Of a stretch of DNA of 64,000 bases, positions 1 through 11,824 are shown in pieces; the first letter of the stretch is position 1; each line of letters begins with the position of its first letter. Position numbers and translations under genes: made by a program. The stretch is from Curvularia clavata. Taxonomy: Eukaryota. The stretch covers positions 2,418,001-2,482,000 of the forward strand of contig CP089276.1 of assembly GCA_023920165.1 (NCBI GenBank), in the 5' to 3' direction. The notes under the pieces were generated by a model that was not told the origin of the DNA, ran no database searches, and worked only from the letters and a program-made list of their open reading frames with translations.

Positions 1-1766
1 ACTTTGATGAGTCTAGTCTAACTGGAGAATCACGTCCGGTCAAGAAATTTGAAGGCGACACAGTCTACTCTGGCACGATGAACAAGGGCGCCCCTGTCAA
101 GATTAGAATCACGACCATCTCTGGGACGTCGATGCTGGATCAGATCATCAATGCCGTGCGGGAAGGCCAATCGCGTCGTGCCCCTGTCGAACGAGCTGCC
201 GATGTCATCACCTCCCACTTCGTACCATTTGTCATCGCCGTTGCAATCACCACTTGGCTGGTCTGGCTCATTCTCGGTACAACTGGCGGTATTCCAAGCG
301 ACTGGAAGAGTGATGCTGCTGGGAGCTGGGAACTTTGGTCCCTTCGCTTTGCTATTGCCGTCTTCGTCATCGCTTGTCCATGCGGTATTGGCCTCGCAGC
401 GCCAACTGCACTTTTTGTTGGAGGGGGTTTGGCAGCGAAGTACGGCATACTCGTTCGAGGCGGAGGCGAGGCATTCCAAGAGGCAAGCTCCCTGGACTGC
501 ATAGTTTTCGACAAGACCGGTACTCTTACTCAAGGCGGTGATCCAGCAGTGACGAACCACAAGTTCTTTGGAGATCAAAATAGCTCCCTTGTAGCAGGCA
601 TCGTAAAGGCTCTGGAGGAGAACAGTAATCATCCCATTGCACGTGCGCTGGTCTCATTCTGCAACAAGGAAAAACACATTACTCTGACTGTGGTCAACAT
701 CGATGAAGTACCTGGCAAGGGCCTGAAAGGTACCCTTCGATTTGAAGGACAGGAAATCATAGCCATTGTGGGCAACGAAAGTTTTATGGCAGACTACCGC
801 GTTCCTATGCTGGCTGAAGATGCCACACTGCTACAAAAGTGGAAGTCTCAGGGAGATTCTATTGCTCTCGTCGCACTATTCATGCCACAGCGAACTCACG
901 AGTCGATCCATCCATCACAGTCGTCTGATGTTACGGAGACTCTCTCAACAGCCATCACTGAAGTCCGGCCATCATCGACCTGGCGCCTCGCGGGCAGCTT
1001 CTCCATTGCTGATGCACTCCGTCCAGAGGCTCCAGGTGTAATCAAAGCCCTACAAGCTCGTGGCATAGATGTCTGGATGCTTTCTGGCGACAACCCTACA
1101 ACTGCCAACGCTGTAGGCGTGCAAGTCGGTATTCCAAGTTCCAACATCATCGCGGGTGTACTTCCCGACCAAAAAGCCGAAAAGATAAAGTATCTCCAGC
1201 AGACACTGAGCAAGCCGCAAAAAGCTTTCTCCCGCATCCCCTTTTTCGGTCAAAGCAATAAGGTATCCCCGAAACGCGCGACTGTGGCCATGGTAGGCGA
1301 CGGCATCAACGACGCACCCGCCCTCTCCACGGCTGACTTATCCATCGCCATCGGCTCAGGCTCCGACATTGCACTCAGCTCTTCCTCTTTCATCCTCATC
1401 AACAGCCGTCTAACCACCATTCTCACCCTACTTGACCTCTCGCGCGTCGTGTTCCGCCGCGTGTATTTCAATTTTGGTTGGGCCCTAGTTTACAACTTGA
1501 TCGCCATGCCTATTGCCGCTGGCGTCCTGTTCCCTATTACTACCGGCGGCACCAGCAAGCCAATGGACATGCATCATGAAGGTATCGGAATGAAGGGCGG
1601 CATGTCTATGGAGCAAACGGGCAAGACGCATGTGCGGCTGGATCCTGTGTGGGCTAGTTTGGCCATGGCGTTGAGTAGTGTCAGTGTGGTATGTAGTTCG
1701 CTTTCGCTGAGGAGCAATTTGCCGGGTGTGGGGTTTAGAGTCAAGCGTGAGAAGGAGGGTGAGTGA
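1..1766 (+). CDS. Cu(+)-transporting P1B-type ATPase (CCC2/CrpA family), 3' part; gene starts upstream of the window
   Basis: TGES actuator motif in frame at about 19-36, intramembrane CPC, DKTGTLT phosphorylation site, SNHPIA, GDGINDAP, and YN plus MxxSS Cu(+) ligands in the last helices. Confidence 0.95.
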   Translation, partial: FDESSLTGESRPVKKFEGDTVYSGTMNKGAPVKIRITTISGTSMLDQIINAVREGQSRRAPVERAADVITSHFVPFVIAVAITTWLVWLILGTTGGIPSDWKSDAAGSWELWSLRFAIAVFVIACPCGIGLAAPTALFVGGGLAAKYGILVRGGGEAFQEASSLDCIVFDKTGTLTQGGDPAVTNHKFFGDQNSSLVAGIVKALEENSNHPIARALVSFCNKEKHITLTVVNIDEVPGKGLKGTLRFEGQEIIAIVGNESFMADYRVPMLAEDATLLQKWKSQGDSIALVALFMPQRTHESIHPSQSSDVTETLSTAITEVRPSSTWRLAGSFSIADALRPEAPGVIKALQARGIDVWMLSGDNPTTANAVGVQVGIPSSNIIAGVLPDQKAEKIKYLQQTLSKPQKAFSRIPFFGQSNKVSPKRATVAMVGDGINDAPALSTADLSIAIGSGSDIALSSSSFILINSRLTTILTLLDLSRVVFRRVYFNFGWALVYNLIAMPIAAGVLFPITTGGTSKPMDMHHEGIGMKGGMSMEQTGKTHVRLDPVWASLAMALSSVSVVCSSLSLRSNLPGVGFRVKREKEGE

Positions 1767-2091
1767 TGGGGATATAGTCGAGGGGCGGTATGTAAGGTTG
1801 GAGGCCTCGGTATAAAGCATCACTCTGTACTCGATAGGGTAACTCATTTCATGAAATTACCATATTCTAAAGTCTTGTAAAATCGCTAGTGAAGGATAAA
1901 CTGTTTATTATGGGGGAGGGAGAAACATGGAGTTGTCGGAGAAAGAAGAAAAACATTACGCAAGTTACACATTCGCATGATTGAAGGTCAAAACTAAACA
2001 AAAGGTGATTACCACATCTATCAGTCTGCTAAACTTCTTCGTTCTCAAACGCCCAGTTCCCTCTCCCACCTAAAGTGTGAAGATGATCACT

Positions 2092-2724
2092 TCACTGCTC
2101 AGACCACCGCAGCGGGCTAGCAAGCACCTCCTTTGCCCTATTTGTCGACGTTACAGTTCCCAAGGTCTTGGTGCGCAGCTCGCCGCCATTCAGCAGCGGG
2201 CTGCTACTGTGCTTGCGGTTGGAAGTCTGGATCTGCTGCATGAGCTCAGGGGTGATCATGGTAGTCTTACGGTGCTGGCGGGACTTTGAAGCCGTGGCGC
2301 GAGTGCTGTTCTTAGCGGGCACGGATAGGGAAGCTGAAGTTTCTGGAACACTCGGGGAAGCGGTGTCCTCGGGGACAGAGGCCAGGGCCTGGTGTAGGGG
2401 CTCGAATGATGGGACGGGGAGTGTTGGCTTGGCCTTTGGAGTAGTAGTGGGTGAGGGGCAGTGGGATCCAGTGGGCTCTTTGGGGTCTTCGGCTTCGGTC
2501 TGAGGGGACTCCGGTTCACCTTCGGTTGTGCTGGGTTCAGGGGTGCAAGGAGCAGAGTCGCGGTGGGGTTTGATCTTCAAGGAGTCTGTGTCGTTTTGAC
2601 GATTCTTCAAGGTGGCATGCTTGAAGACGTGGAACCAGCGGCGAACAGAGCTACCGCTCTTGGGCTTTTTGATGTCGAAGACCGTGGGTTCCTGCTTGTT
2701 GCTGGACATAGTGGCGCTGGCCAT
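2092..2724 (-). CDS. Hypothetical Pro/Ser/Thr-rich, probably disordered protein
   Basis: ORF of about 210 aa from acaATGG at 2724 (alternative ATG at 2772); no recognisable domain; 3' end may be spliced. Confidence 0.55.
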   Translation of the reverse strand: MASATMSSNKQEPTVFDIKKPKSGSSVRRWFHVFKHATLKNRQNDTDSLKIKPHRDSAPCTPEPSTTEGEPESPQTEAEDPKEPTGSHCPSPTTTPKAKPTLPVPSFEPLHQALASVPEDTASPSVPETSASLSVPAKNSTRATASKSRQHRKTTMITPELMQQIQTSNRKHSSSPLLNGGELRTKTLGTVTSTNRAKEVLASPLRWSEQ

Positions 2725-3467
2725 TGTGTCAGTTATGTAGACTTTGCTTTGTCCAGTGTGTAGGTCAGTCATAGTATATAGGATGACAGATACATGGGCT
2801 GAATTTGTTCACATACTGATCTCTAAATCCTTGGCTACCGTGCAATAAATGTGTTTTGGGGGAGAGCAGTGAGATATGGGTTTGAGTGCACTATGAATAA
2901 ATACAATAGAAGTGCACAGGACGCAGAAAAAAATATCTTACTATATTCCTCTGGGCTACTGCAGCTGTAATGGTCATACGGCGGGGACATCTATGAGAGC
3001 CATAGAATTGCAACCGGTCTACGAAGGTGCATGACTAAGCGGGAAGCATGATAGGGTCTGTGTTTTGTCGGTCCAAAGGATGGATACGGATTGCGAACAT
3101 TCTGGTCCGCCAAGACTGGTTGACTGGAGACGGTTGAATCCGTCTAAACTGTTTGTGAGGGGGAGAGCAGCAGAGGCACAGAATGTTCCATGGTCCTCGT
3201 GGAAGACTTGATGTAGCATACAGATGTCCGGGATAGTGCACGGCTGCCTACCGTGGCTATCGGCCAATGGCGTTTATGCCGAGTCTACAATGTCGAATAG
3301 AGCAAGTTTTCGTTCCTTGTCTCAAACGACGTGCAAATCAAATAGGGAACGTCTGGAGCACAAGGTGATTGCAAATGGCGAAAAAAGTGGTATTTCCCGA
3401 ATGATATCCGTAGCGCCAACCCAATGCATACATATCTTTTACACCAATATACAGGCAGTTAATTTCT

Positions 3468-3842
3468 TTACTTGCGCGCATCCATGGCCTGCTGAAGGGC
3501 TTGTGTGGTGGGCTGAGCGGACTTGTTCAGCGGCTTGTCTGGTACAATGACATCTTCAAACTCGTCCTGGGAGATGGCGTTGATGGTGTACGTGTCTGGG
3601 ACGACAGAGTCAGTACTTGTAACTAAGAGCCAGGAGAGCGGACGTACATATGCCAATGACCAGCGAGCAGATGGCGAAGCCGGTAATGGTGTTCTTGATC
3701 AGGTACGGTGCGCGGGCTCGCAGCAGGGCCGGCGAAGCCCGCATGCGGTCGTCATAGTAGGTCGAGCGGAAGGGCTTGCTGTTGGATTCAATGTCAGTGC
3801 GACACAGGAAATTGATAGCAGGCAGCAGACTTACTATCCCAT
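3468..3842 (-). CDS. COA3: Cytochrome c oxidase assembly factor 3 (3 exons, about 88 aa)
   Basis: Hand-spliced product MGYKPFRSTYYDDRMRASPALLRARAPYLIKNTITGFAICSLVIGIYTYTINAISQDEFEDVIVP...; ccaccATGG start; GT-AG introns with CTGAC branch points; SPALLRAR.PY..KN and YTI.A.SQD.FEDV motifs. Mostly missed by the ORF track. Confidence 0.88.
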
Positions 3843-4249
3843 GGTGGCGGATTCTCGAGGCTCGCAGACAATGCTTGCGGGGAAGAAATGTCCCTTGGCC
3901 GCGGTGGTGAGATGCATGGCGCTAGCGGGCAGGCTTGGCGGGCAGGGCGCACATCATCACTTGCACCCTCGCAACCATCTCCCTGCGCCACTCACCTCAC
4001 GTCCTCACGCCCGTGGCTGTAGTCAACACCATTGTCAACCCCATCCCCCTTTCCTTCTCCACGCTCTCTACAGCCTTTTTTTAATTGCTAGTATTGTGGG
4101 GAATGGGAAGTCCTTTGACCGCACGCTCCCAGTCTTTGTCGCGCTCTTAGTTTAACTGTTGCGTCGCGCGCGTGAGCAAGCCTCAGCAACCACTACTTCT
4201 ACGCATCACTTCCAGGCGCGCAAGCAGCTTGCTGCGCATCCACATCGTC

Positions 4250-6903
4250 ATGACTTCGCAAACGATACAGCAGATGGAGTCGGCCCGCTCGCTCGCGTTA
4301 GGCGACGGTAGATACTATCCAACCATCATACCGGGCGTGCTCCCTATCATCGGCTATAGTGAAGACCAGAGCATCGAGATACAGCGGTGGGGTGCCGACT
4401 TTCTTGCAGAAGCATTTGCGTCGCCAGCATGGCCCCAGGAGGCCAAACAGAGCAGCGCGCCCTCGGTGCTGGCGACGTTGAAGGCCTACCTGGAGAACGT
4501 CGACGACAAGAGCGTCATCAAGAGCGCCATCCAAGCCGCTGCCAGCGTCTACCCTCTGGTGTACAAGCACACGTAAGTGAACCCCCCTTCCGGCATCAGA
4601 TAGAGCCCCTTGCATGCCAACAATGCCCTGCGCATCCTTGAAGTCCCTTTATGCTCGCATGCTCCTTGACTGTCTTCACCCGAACACGCTCTTATTCTTG
4701 AATGTGCCCAGTGTTTCCGACCCTAGCGATTCGCAGAATTGGGGCCTCATGTTTGGCATCAAGTCCAATATTTTGCGCCGAATGGACTCGGCCGCCCCTG
4801 GCGTGCGTATATGCTGCATCAAGTTCCTCCAGCAAGTCATTCTGGTGCAGACACCAGGCGTAGCAGATCCCAGGGTAGATACTTCCCCCAACCCCCAACG
4901 TATACACATAGAATCTCATGCCTCGCAGCGCGCCGATCATAACGACATTTCTCTCTCAATCGTACCCCGCGACCACCCGCTCATTCCGTACGCAAGCCTC
5001 GAGGCTGAAGGACATGGACTGCTGGACAGGCTATTGGATATCATACACGGTGATCACAGGTTAGATAGACAGTCACAGACTGCTGAGACACATCTAACTC
5101 AAACCAGTGACGGATTGCTTGTGACTGCAACACTAAACAGCTTGGGCATGTTAATTCATCGCCGACCAAATGCTGCAAATAAAATTTTGAACAGTGTCTT
5201 CAACTTCAACCCCTTGAAGCTTGCCAATTCGCCCATGACACCTAAGAACAAGGTCATCATCAAGTCGATTGAGCGCACAACGAGGGCACTGCTCGTGAAT
5301 ATCATGAAGAGGTATGTTGCCCTATATTGTACAACACTATGTTGGGTGCTCACCAGTACAGAAACCCCGACAATCCAATCAACGGTCGCATACAGCAGTT
5401 CCTCGAACGCATGCACCGTACGCGTATTGAGGTCTTTGATGAATCTAACCGTAAACGACCAGCGCCCAGTGAGCCGACGGATGGCCTTGATCAAGCCAAG
5501 AGACAACGACTTGTGGCTGAGCCTCCCAGTCGGACGCCCTCTGTTCAACCCTTGCCACCTGGCCCAATAAGTTGGCGACAACTATACACACTTAATTCTG
5601 AGGGAAGCACTGCAAACTTTGATGTGCAGGCTTTCAAAGACCCTGAGCAATTGGTCAGGATTGTGGTGCCTGTTCTGCAGTCGGTTAACCCCGCAAAGCT
5701 TGAGCAAGCGATCAATGTATGTGAATTCTCCAAATGTTGCACTGCCGTGTCTTGTGCCCTTGTCTCGAACAAATATATAACTGAGGTATGGAAATACTAA
5801 CACATATGTAGGCTGTGCGTGCACGATACCAAACACTACGCCAAAATGCCGCAGCCCAGCCTGCCCAACCGTCAATTGCTCCTGCTGCAGAAGATGAAGA
5901 GGAATACGAACCAGATTTCGAACCTGAGGATGCGGAGCAGATCATGAACAAGCTTGACGGCATCCCTTCAAATCCTTTCCCATCTCAACAGGATCCATCC
6001 ACTGCTCTAGCGCCCTACAAGTTACCTGAGGCACCCCCATTGTCCGAACAGGATGTTCAGAAGTACGGTGATATCACCGTACAACGAGCCTTCGGTATGC
6101 TGAGCAGTGTAGATGAGACCCAGAAGAGCAAGGCCGCAAAGGGCGGCTTCAACCGCTTAGCCGCAAGCGATTACAGCAGAGACGCCTGGGTCACCATACT
6201 GTCAAGATTGGCTACACGGGCCAGTGCGGGACTCGACGACCCTGATGACAACATCAAGGACGAATATGCAGTCAAGGGCGCAAGGGGTAATACAAGACTT
6301 AGCGACTCGATACGTGACGGACTATATCAGTACATTCTGTACGACTGGAAGCGACGCATCGACGTTGCTATTTCCTGGTTAAACGAAGAATGGTACAACG
6401 ACATGATCCTTACTCAGGTCGAGGAGGCCCCCCTTACAAACGGCACTGTCAACGGTGTTCCCCCAAGCAAGCCACCAAAAGGAAACTACCACCGCTGTGT
6501 GCTCCGTCTCATTGACGGTATCCTCCCATACATTGAGCACACAGATAAAATCCTCCTCCGCTTCCTATCCGAGATCCCATCGATCGACTACACCGTCCTC
6601 ACCCGCCTAAAGAAGATGGCCGAAGACCCAGAGCGCATCGATCTCGCATGCAACGCACTACACTATCTCTACATGTTCCGTCCCCCCGTTCGCAAGATCG
6701 TCGTCGATATCCTGGCAGAAATGTGGCATGAGAACGACAGGGCTAAGCCGAGTGCGCGCAAGCTGCTGGTCAGATGGCGACCCGAGGTCCTGGGTGACGA
6801 GAAGGTCGGCACACCCCTGGTAGTCAAGACGGAGAGTACGGGTGACGGACAGGTCGCTAGGGAGAGCGCAAACGGCGCGCTGGAAGTTAAGGCTGCTTCG
6901 TAA
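4250..6903 (+). CDS. PTA1: mRNA cleavage/polyadenylation factor Pta1 (symplekin N-terminal family), multi-exon
   Basis: GVRICCIKFLQQVILVQTPG, SLEAEGHGLLDRLL, KSIERTTRALL and WLNEEWYND motifs across GT-AG introns. Confidence 0.85.
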
Positions 6904-7066
6904 TAGTCGAGTCTTGCTAGGAAGAGAAAGAAAGAAAATGATAGAAGGAGCCTCTTCACCGCACACATGCGAAGGAAAGGGGAAAAAAAAACGCCAGTTA
7001 TCGAGACAGGCATGCGGCCATTGTCATTCTCCAACCAACAATTGTCTCCTTTTGAATACTTCTTTC

Positions 7067-7090
7067 CTCTCTCTCTCTCTCTCTCTCTCT
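7067..7090. repeat. (CT)12 microsatellite
   Basis: Perfect CT dinucleotide run between the convergent PTA1 and VAS1 3' ends. Confidence 0.9.
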
Positions 7091-7510
7091 ATTGCTACAC
7101 TTGTCCATTTCTTTCACTTGTTCTTCTCCTTCTTTTTAACAGCTGTATACCTATTCTGGGATTCTTCACGTTGTGTTGCATGCCATATAGATGGAGAAAT
7201 GAGGCTTGATATCCGAATGAGAGGCGGTGGGCGAGGGAAACTACAAATACATCATCAGGGGGGAAAGGCCTTTTCAGTGTACAATCTGTGAACTTTGCGG
7301 CAGCTCGAACCAAATCAAAATCCGATTGCAAGTGAGATGAAGCCGCTACGTGTCGCTATACGTCAACTTTCTTTTCCTCCACAGTTTGTAGTGCTCATTC
7401 TCTTAAATGCATGTATTCTAGTACATAAAGAAGCAACTTGAAAATTTTTGCGTTTGGAATCTAATCCGATGTTCTATTTAGACATCCCATCCCATAGGCA
7501 ATCCATCCAC

Positions 7511-10500
7511 CTACTCAATCTTCATCCTCTCAAACTGCGCAATACTCGCCTCCCAGTTCTTGGCCTCAAGCTCCGCAGTCTTGAGCTTCTCCTGCTCCTG
7601 CTCCTTGACGGCATCACTGACCTTTTGCCCCCACGCCTCATCCATAATCTTCTTCTGGCGCGCAATCGTCTCGTTGGCTTTTGTGAGGCGGTCCTGGGCC
7701 TTTGTGATTTCCTTGTCAGGCTCAATCCGGCCCTTGACGTCGAGGTACGCGGTCGCTGACGTGCCAATCGTGTAAACGGCGCAGCCTGAGGGTGCAGTCT
7801 CCGAGGGCGACAGGATCTTGATGTCGGACACGGTTTTGCCGGCCAGCGAGCGGATGGAGGGGAGAGAGGTGGGCGAAGCAAGAGTCGAGTGTGTAGCATC
7901 CTGGAGGGCCTGGATATATGTGGATGCGCCCTCCTTGATGCCATACTCAGCTGTAAGAGAGCGGAGAGCCTTTGCGCTGTCGACAAGAAGCTCGTACTCG
8001 TTGTTTGCAGCCTCGTCTTCCATCTCTTGCGAGTATTGTGGGAAAGGTGCAATGGTGATAGAAGGTGTCTTGTCACCCTGCCTTCGGGGCAGTCGCTGCC
8101 AGAGCTCTTCGGTCAGGAAGGGCATGAATGGGTGAATCATGTTCAGACCACCCTCAATAGCAGTGTAAAGTGTTTGCTTGGCGCTCTCCTTTTGCTCTTC
8201 GCTTCCCTCGTCAAAGATGGCTTTGCTGTTCTCAATGTATGTGTCGCAGAGGTAGTTGTAGAAGTACTTGTAGGCAACCTGGGTGGCAAGACTGAACTCG
8301 CGTGCCTCCAGGTGGTCGTTGATCTTCCTGGCTGCGGCATTGAGCTGGTGTAGGATGTAGCGCTCAGGCAGAGACTCCTTTCCGCTCTTTGCGACCTTCT
8401 CCCGAGGTGTGAAAGAATCTCCCAGGCGTCCAATGACATACTTGGTGGCCTGGTAGATCTTGTTACAGAACCTTCTGTATCCGTGGATGACGTTGACGTC
8501 GAATGAGATGTCCTTCCAGACTGTTAGCATCGTATGCATTATATAAGATGATCATAAACTTACTCCACCACCGGTGGTGTATCCGACAAGCGCCATGCGC
8601 AGAGCATCGGCACCACACTCAGGAATGCCCTGAGGGAAGGCTGTCTTTTGATACTTCTCGGCCTTGGTCAACTCTTTAGGGTCCAGGTTACCTGCACGAA
8701 GCTGGTCATGAAGCTTCTGCAGAGTAATACCATCCATGATGTCAACAGGGTCAACGACGTTACCCAATGACTTTGACATCTTCCTGCCCTCGGAGTCACG
8801 AATGAGAGAGTGGCAGTAAACCTCCTTGAAAGGAACCTTTCCTGTCAAGTAGAGGGACAGGAAAATCATCCTGGCAACCCAGAAGAAGAGAATGTCCCAA
8901 CCAGTCTCGAGGACGGAAGTAGGGAAGAGCTTCTCCAAGTCGGCAGTCTGGTTTGGCCAGCCTAGAGTAGAGAATGGCCACAGACCAGAGGAGAACCATG
9001 TATCGAGGACATCCTCGTCTCGCGACAGTGTGAACTTCTTGCCAGGGAATTTCTTCTCGGCCTTTGCTCTTGCCTCTTCTTCTGTGCGGCCAGTGATCCA
9101 AAGCTCGTCTTCACTTCGGTCGCCCTCGCCGCCTTCCATCTGGACAAAATAAGCGGGGATTTGGTGACCCCACCAGAGCTGACGCGACAAACACCAATCC
9201 TGGACGTTGTTCATCCAGTGCATGTAGATCTTCTCAGAGGTAGCAGGCCTGATCTTGATGTCGCCTTTCTCGACGGCTTCGATAGCAGGCTTGGCCAAGC
9301 CCTCCATCTTCATCCACCATTGTGGCTTCATGATGGGCTCGATGACGTCGCCAGATCTCGAGCACATAGGTACCTTCATTGGATTTGGCTCAGTCTTGAC
9401 GAAAAGACCCTCCTTCTTCAGTGCATCTACAACGCCGTAACGAACATCGAAGCGCTTCTGGCCCTCGAAGGGGCCAGCATTCTTGTTCAGAGTTCCATTG
9501 TCGTTCTGCACACATTAGCACTATGTAGGAAGGCTGTCAGAAAAGGAAAAACTTACAAGAATGTTGATGAACTCGAGATTGTGCTTCTTGCCCAGGTTGA
9601 AATCGTTGGGGTCGTGTGCAGGTGTCAGCTTCACAGCTCCAGTACCAAACTCAGGATCCACGTATTCGTCGGCAACAATGGGCATGAGGCGGTCAATGAA
9701 TGGGTGCTTAGCCTTCTTTCCGACCAGGTGCTTGTAGCGGTCGTCTTTGGGGTGAACGGCGATACCTGAATCACCAAGCATGGTTTCGGGACGTGTGGTA
9801 GCAATCTCGATGAACTGGTCGGTGCCATCAATGGCGTACTGCAGTGGTTGTTAGCGACTTTTTGATCTTGTTTTCTTTTCAAGACCCTGCTCCTCATACC
9901 TTGAAGTGAGTAAGAACACCGAACTCGACCATTCTCTCGTATCCCGGAACGGAAAGCTTAGTTGGGCCTGGCAAATCCTTGTTGTCGACCTCAAGGGCGC
10001 TCAGGGCTGTGTTCAAGGCTGTGCACCAGTTCACCAGTCTGTTGCTCCTGTAGATCAGGCCATCTTCATGAAGACGGACGAATGTCTCTGTTACAGCCTT
10101 TGATAGGTTTTCATCCATGGTGAAGGCCTCACGCGACCAATCGAAGGATCCACCCATCCGACGCAGGGTGTTGGTAAGATGTTGGTGGTACTCTTCTTTC
10201 CACTCCATAGTTCTCTCCAGGAACTTCTGACGGCCCAGGTCGTATCTTGTCTTGTTCTCTCTCCGCTTCAACATCTTCTCGACAACGGACTGAGTGGCAA
10301 TACCTGCGTGATCACAACCAGGGAGGTAGAGTGTAGTGTAACCCTTCATCCTGTGCCATCTTATGAGAACGTCCTGAAGACTGGTCGCGAGGGCATGTCC
10401 ACAGTGCAGCTTGCCGGTGACGTTGGGTGGAGGAATGGGAATGACGAAGTGACCGGCTGGTTTGACATTGCCATCCTCTGCGAACTGAGGCTTGAAGAAA

Positions 10501-11141
10501 CCCTGAGCGTCCCACCAAGCGTCCCATGCGGACTCTACGACTTTGGGAATGTATGCCTTAGTGTACGGACCATCCAAACTCTGAAGACGCTTCTTCTCGC
10601 CCTTGGGTGTCTCCTCGACGTACTCGGGGAGTTGCTCCTCCTCTTTGCCCTTCTTCTTCTTCTCCTTGCCTGAAGCGGCACCACCATCCTTGGCTGCACC
10701 AGCAGCAGCCGCCGCTTTCTTAGCCTTGAACTTGGCGTCCTTTTCAGCCTTTTTCCTCTCCTTCTCCAGCTCCTTAGCAGTCTTCTCCTTCTTCTCTACA
10801 CCCTTCTCATTCTCACGGCCAGGCGCACTTTGGCCAGTAGCTTCTTGACTGGCTGCATTGAGAATGTCTTTCTTGGCTTCCTGGCTCAGCTCAGGCGGTG
10901 GGGCGGTGTTGGGGGCCGTCTTATCACCGGTCGTGTTGTGGGAGGAGGCATTGAGCGCCATGGTGGGAGTTGAGTAGTAGTGTTGGTGTGTGAGCACGCG
11001 CTCAGCGTGAGCCGAAGTGTGAGGGTGGAGTGCAGTGTAGATGCGGGATGGCAGTTGTAACCTGTGCCGGGAGGGATTGATATATGTTCGATTTGGTCTG
11101 CAAGCAGCGCGCAGTGTAGTGGGCGCGGAGCGGGGCAACAT
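7511..11141 (-). CDS. VAS1: Valyl-tRNA synthetase, 4 exons; likely mitochondrial (ATG 11141) and cytosolic (ATG 10961) isoforms
   Basis: [13 protein letters not shown] (HIGH-type), [34 protein letters not shown] and a C-terminal coiled coil. Confidence 0.97.
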
Positions 11142-11162
11142 TAACAAAAAAGTGACTGGGTG

Positions 11163-11499
11163 TGAGTCTTCAAAGTCCGGCGTGCGTCACCCCCACATTG
11201 AGTCCGAGCGTCTGATCTGACCCCGCCAATGCATCTAGGGCGAACGGTTCCGTAGACCTCAGGACGTGCATTCCACTGAGATGAACTATTCTCCAAACAA
11301 CTATTAGTCCAATACATATACGGTTAGCATCACGAAGGCATTGAAGCAACGATGTGCTCATTTCATAGCAACATATGCATAGCTGAGAGCATTCAAGGAA
11401 CACTCCATCCAGTATTCAGGTGACTCCATTCAGCATCCGAGTGATTCCAGTCACATTCCAGTCAACATTCAATGACTCCAATCGATATTCCAATGACTC
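11163..11499. promoter_or_regulatory. Cluster of TGACTC/GAGTCA-type Gcn4/CpcA-like elements upstream of VAS1
   Basis: TGAGTC at 11163 and 11199; TGACTC at 11421, 11473 and 11494; TGCGTCA at 11183. Confidence 0.55.
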
Positions 11500-11824
11500 C
11501 ATTCAACATTTGGATAAATCTAATAACACCTGGGCTATGCATTGTTCTGCTGACCGCCAGCCTTGGAGCCTTTTGCCGCAACCATACGCCTGCGCTGGAC
11601 CCTTGCTTTTCGACATTGCTTATTCCAGAAAAGCACCCGGTGCCTTGCCCTACTACATATATGTCACTCGGTTATTCATGCACCGTGTGCACGCCGGCAC
11701 GCCGGTTAGTCCTCCAACGCTTCAAGGGGACTGCGAGTAGAATGGACAGATTTGAGTGAAAGTTTCGTCGCTTGTGCTTTTATGGCATTACATAACGTCT
11801 AATCACGTAAATTGGGTATCTCAA

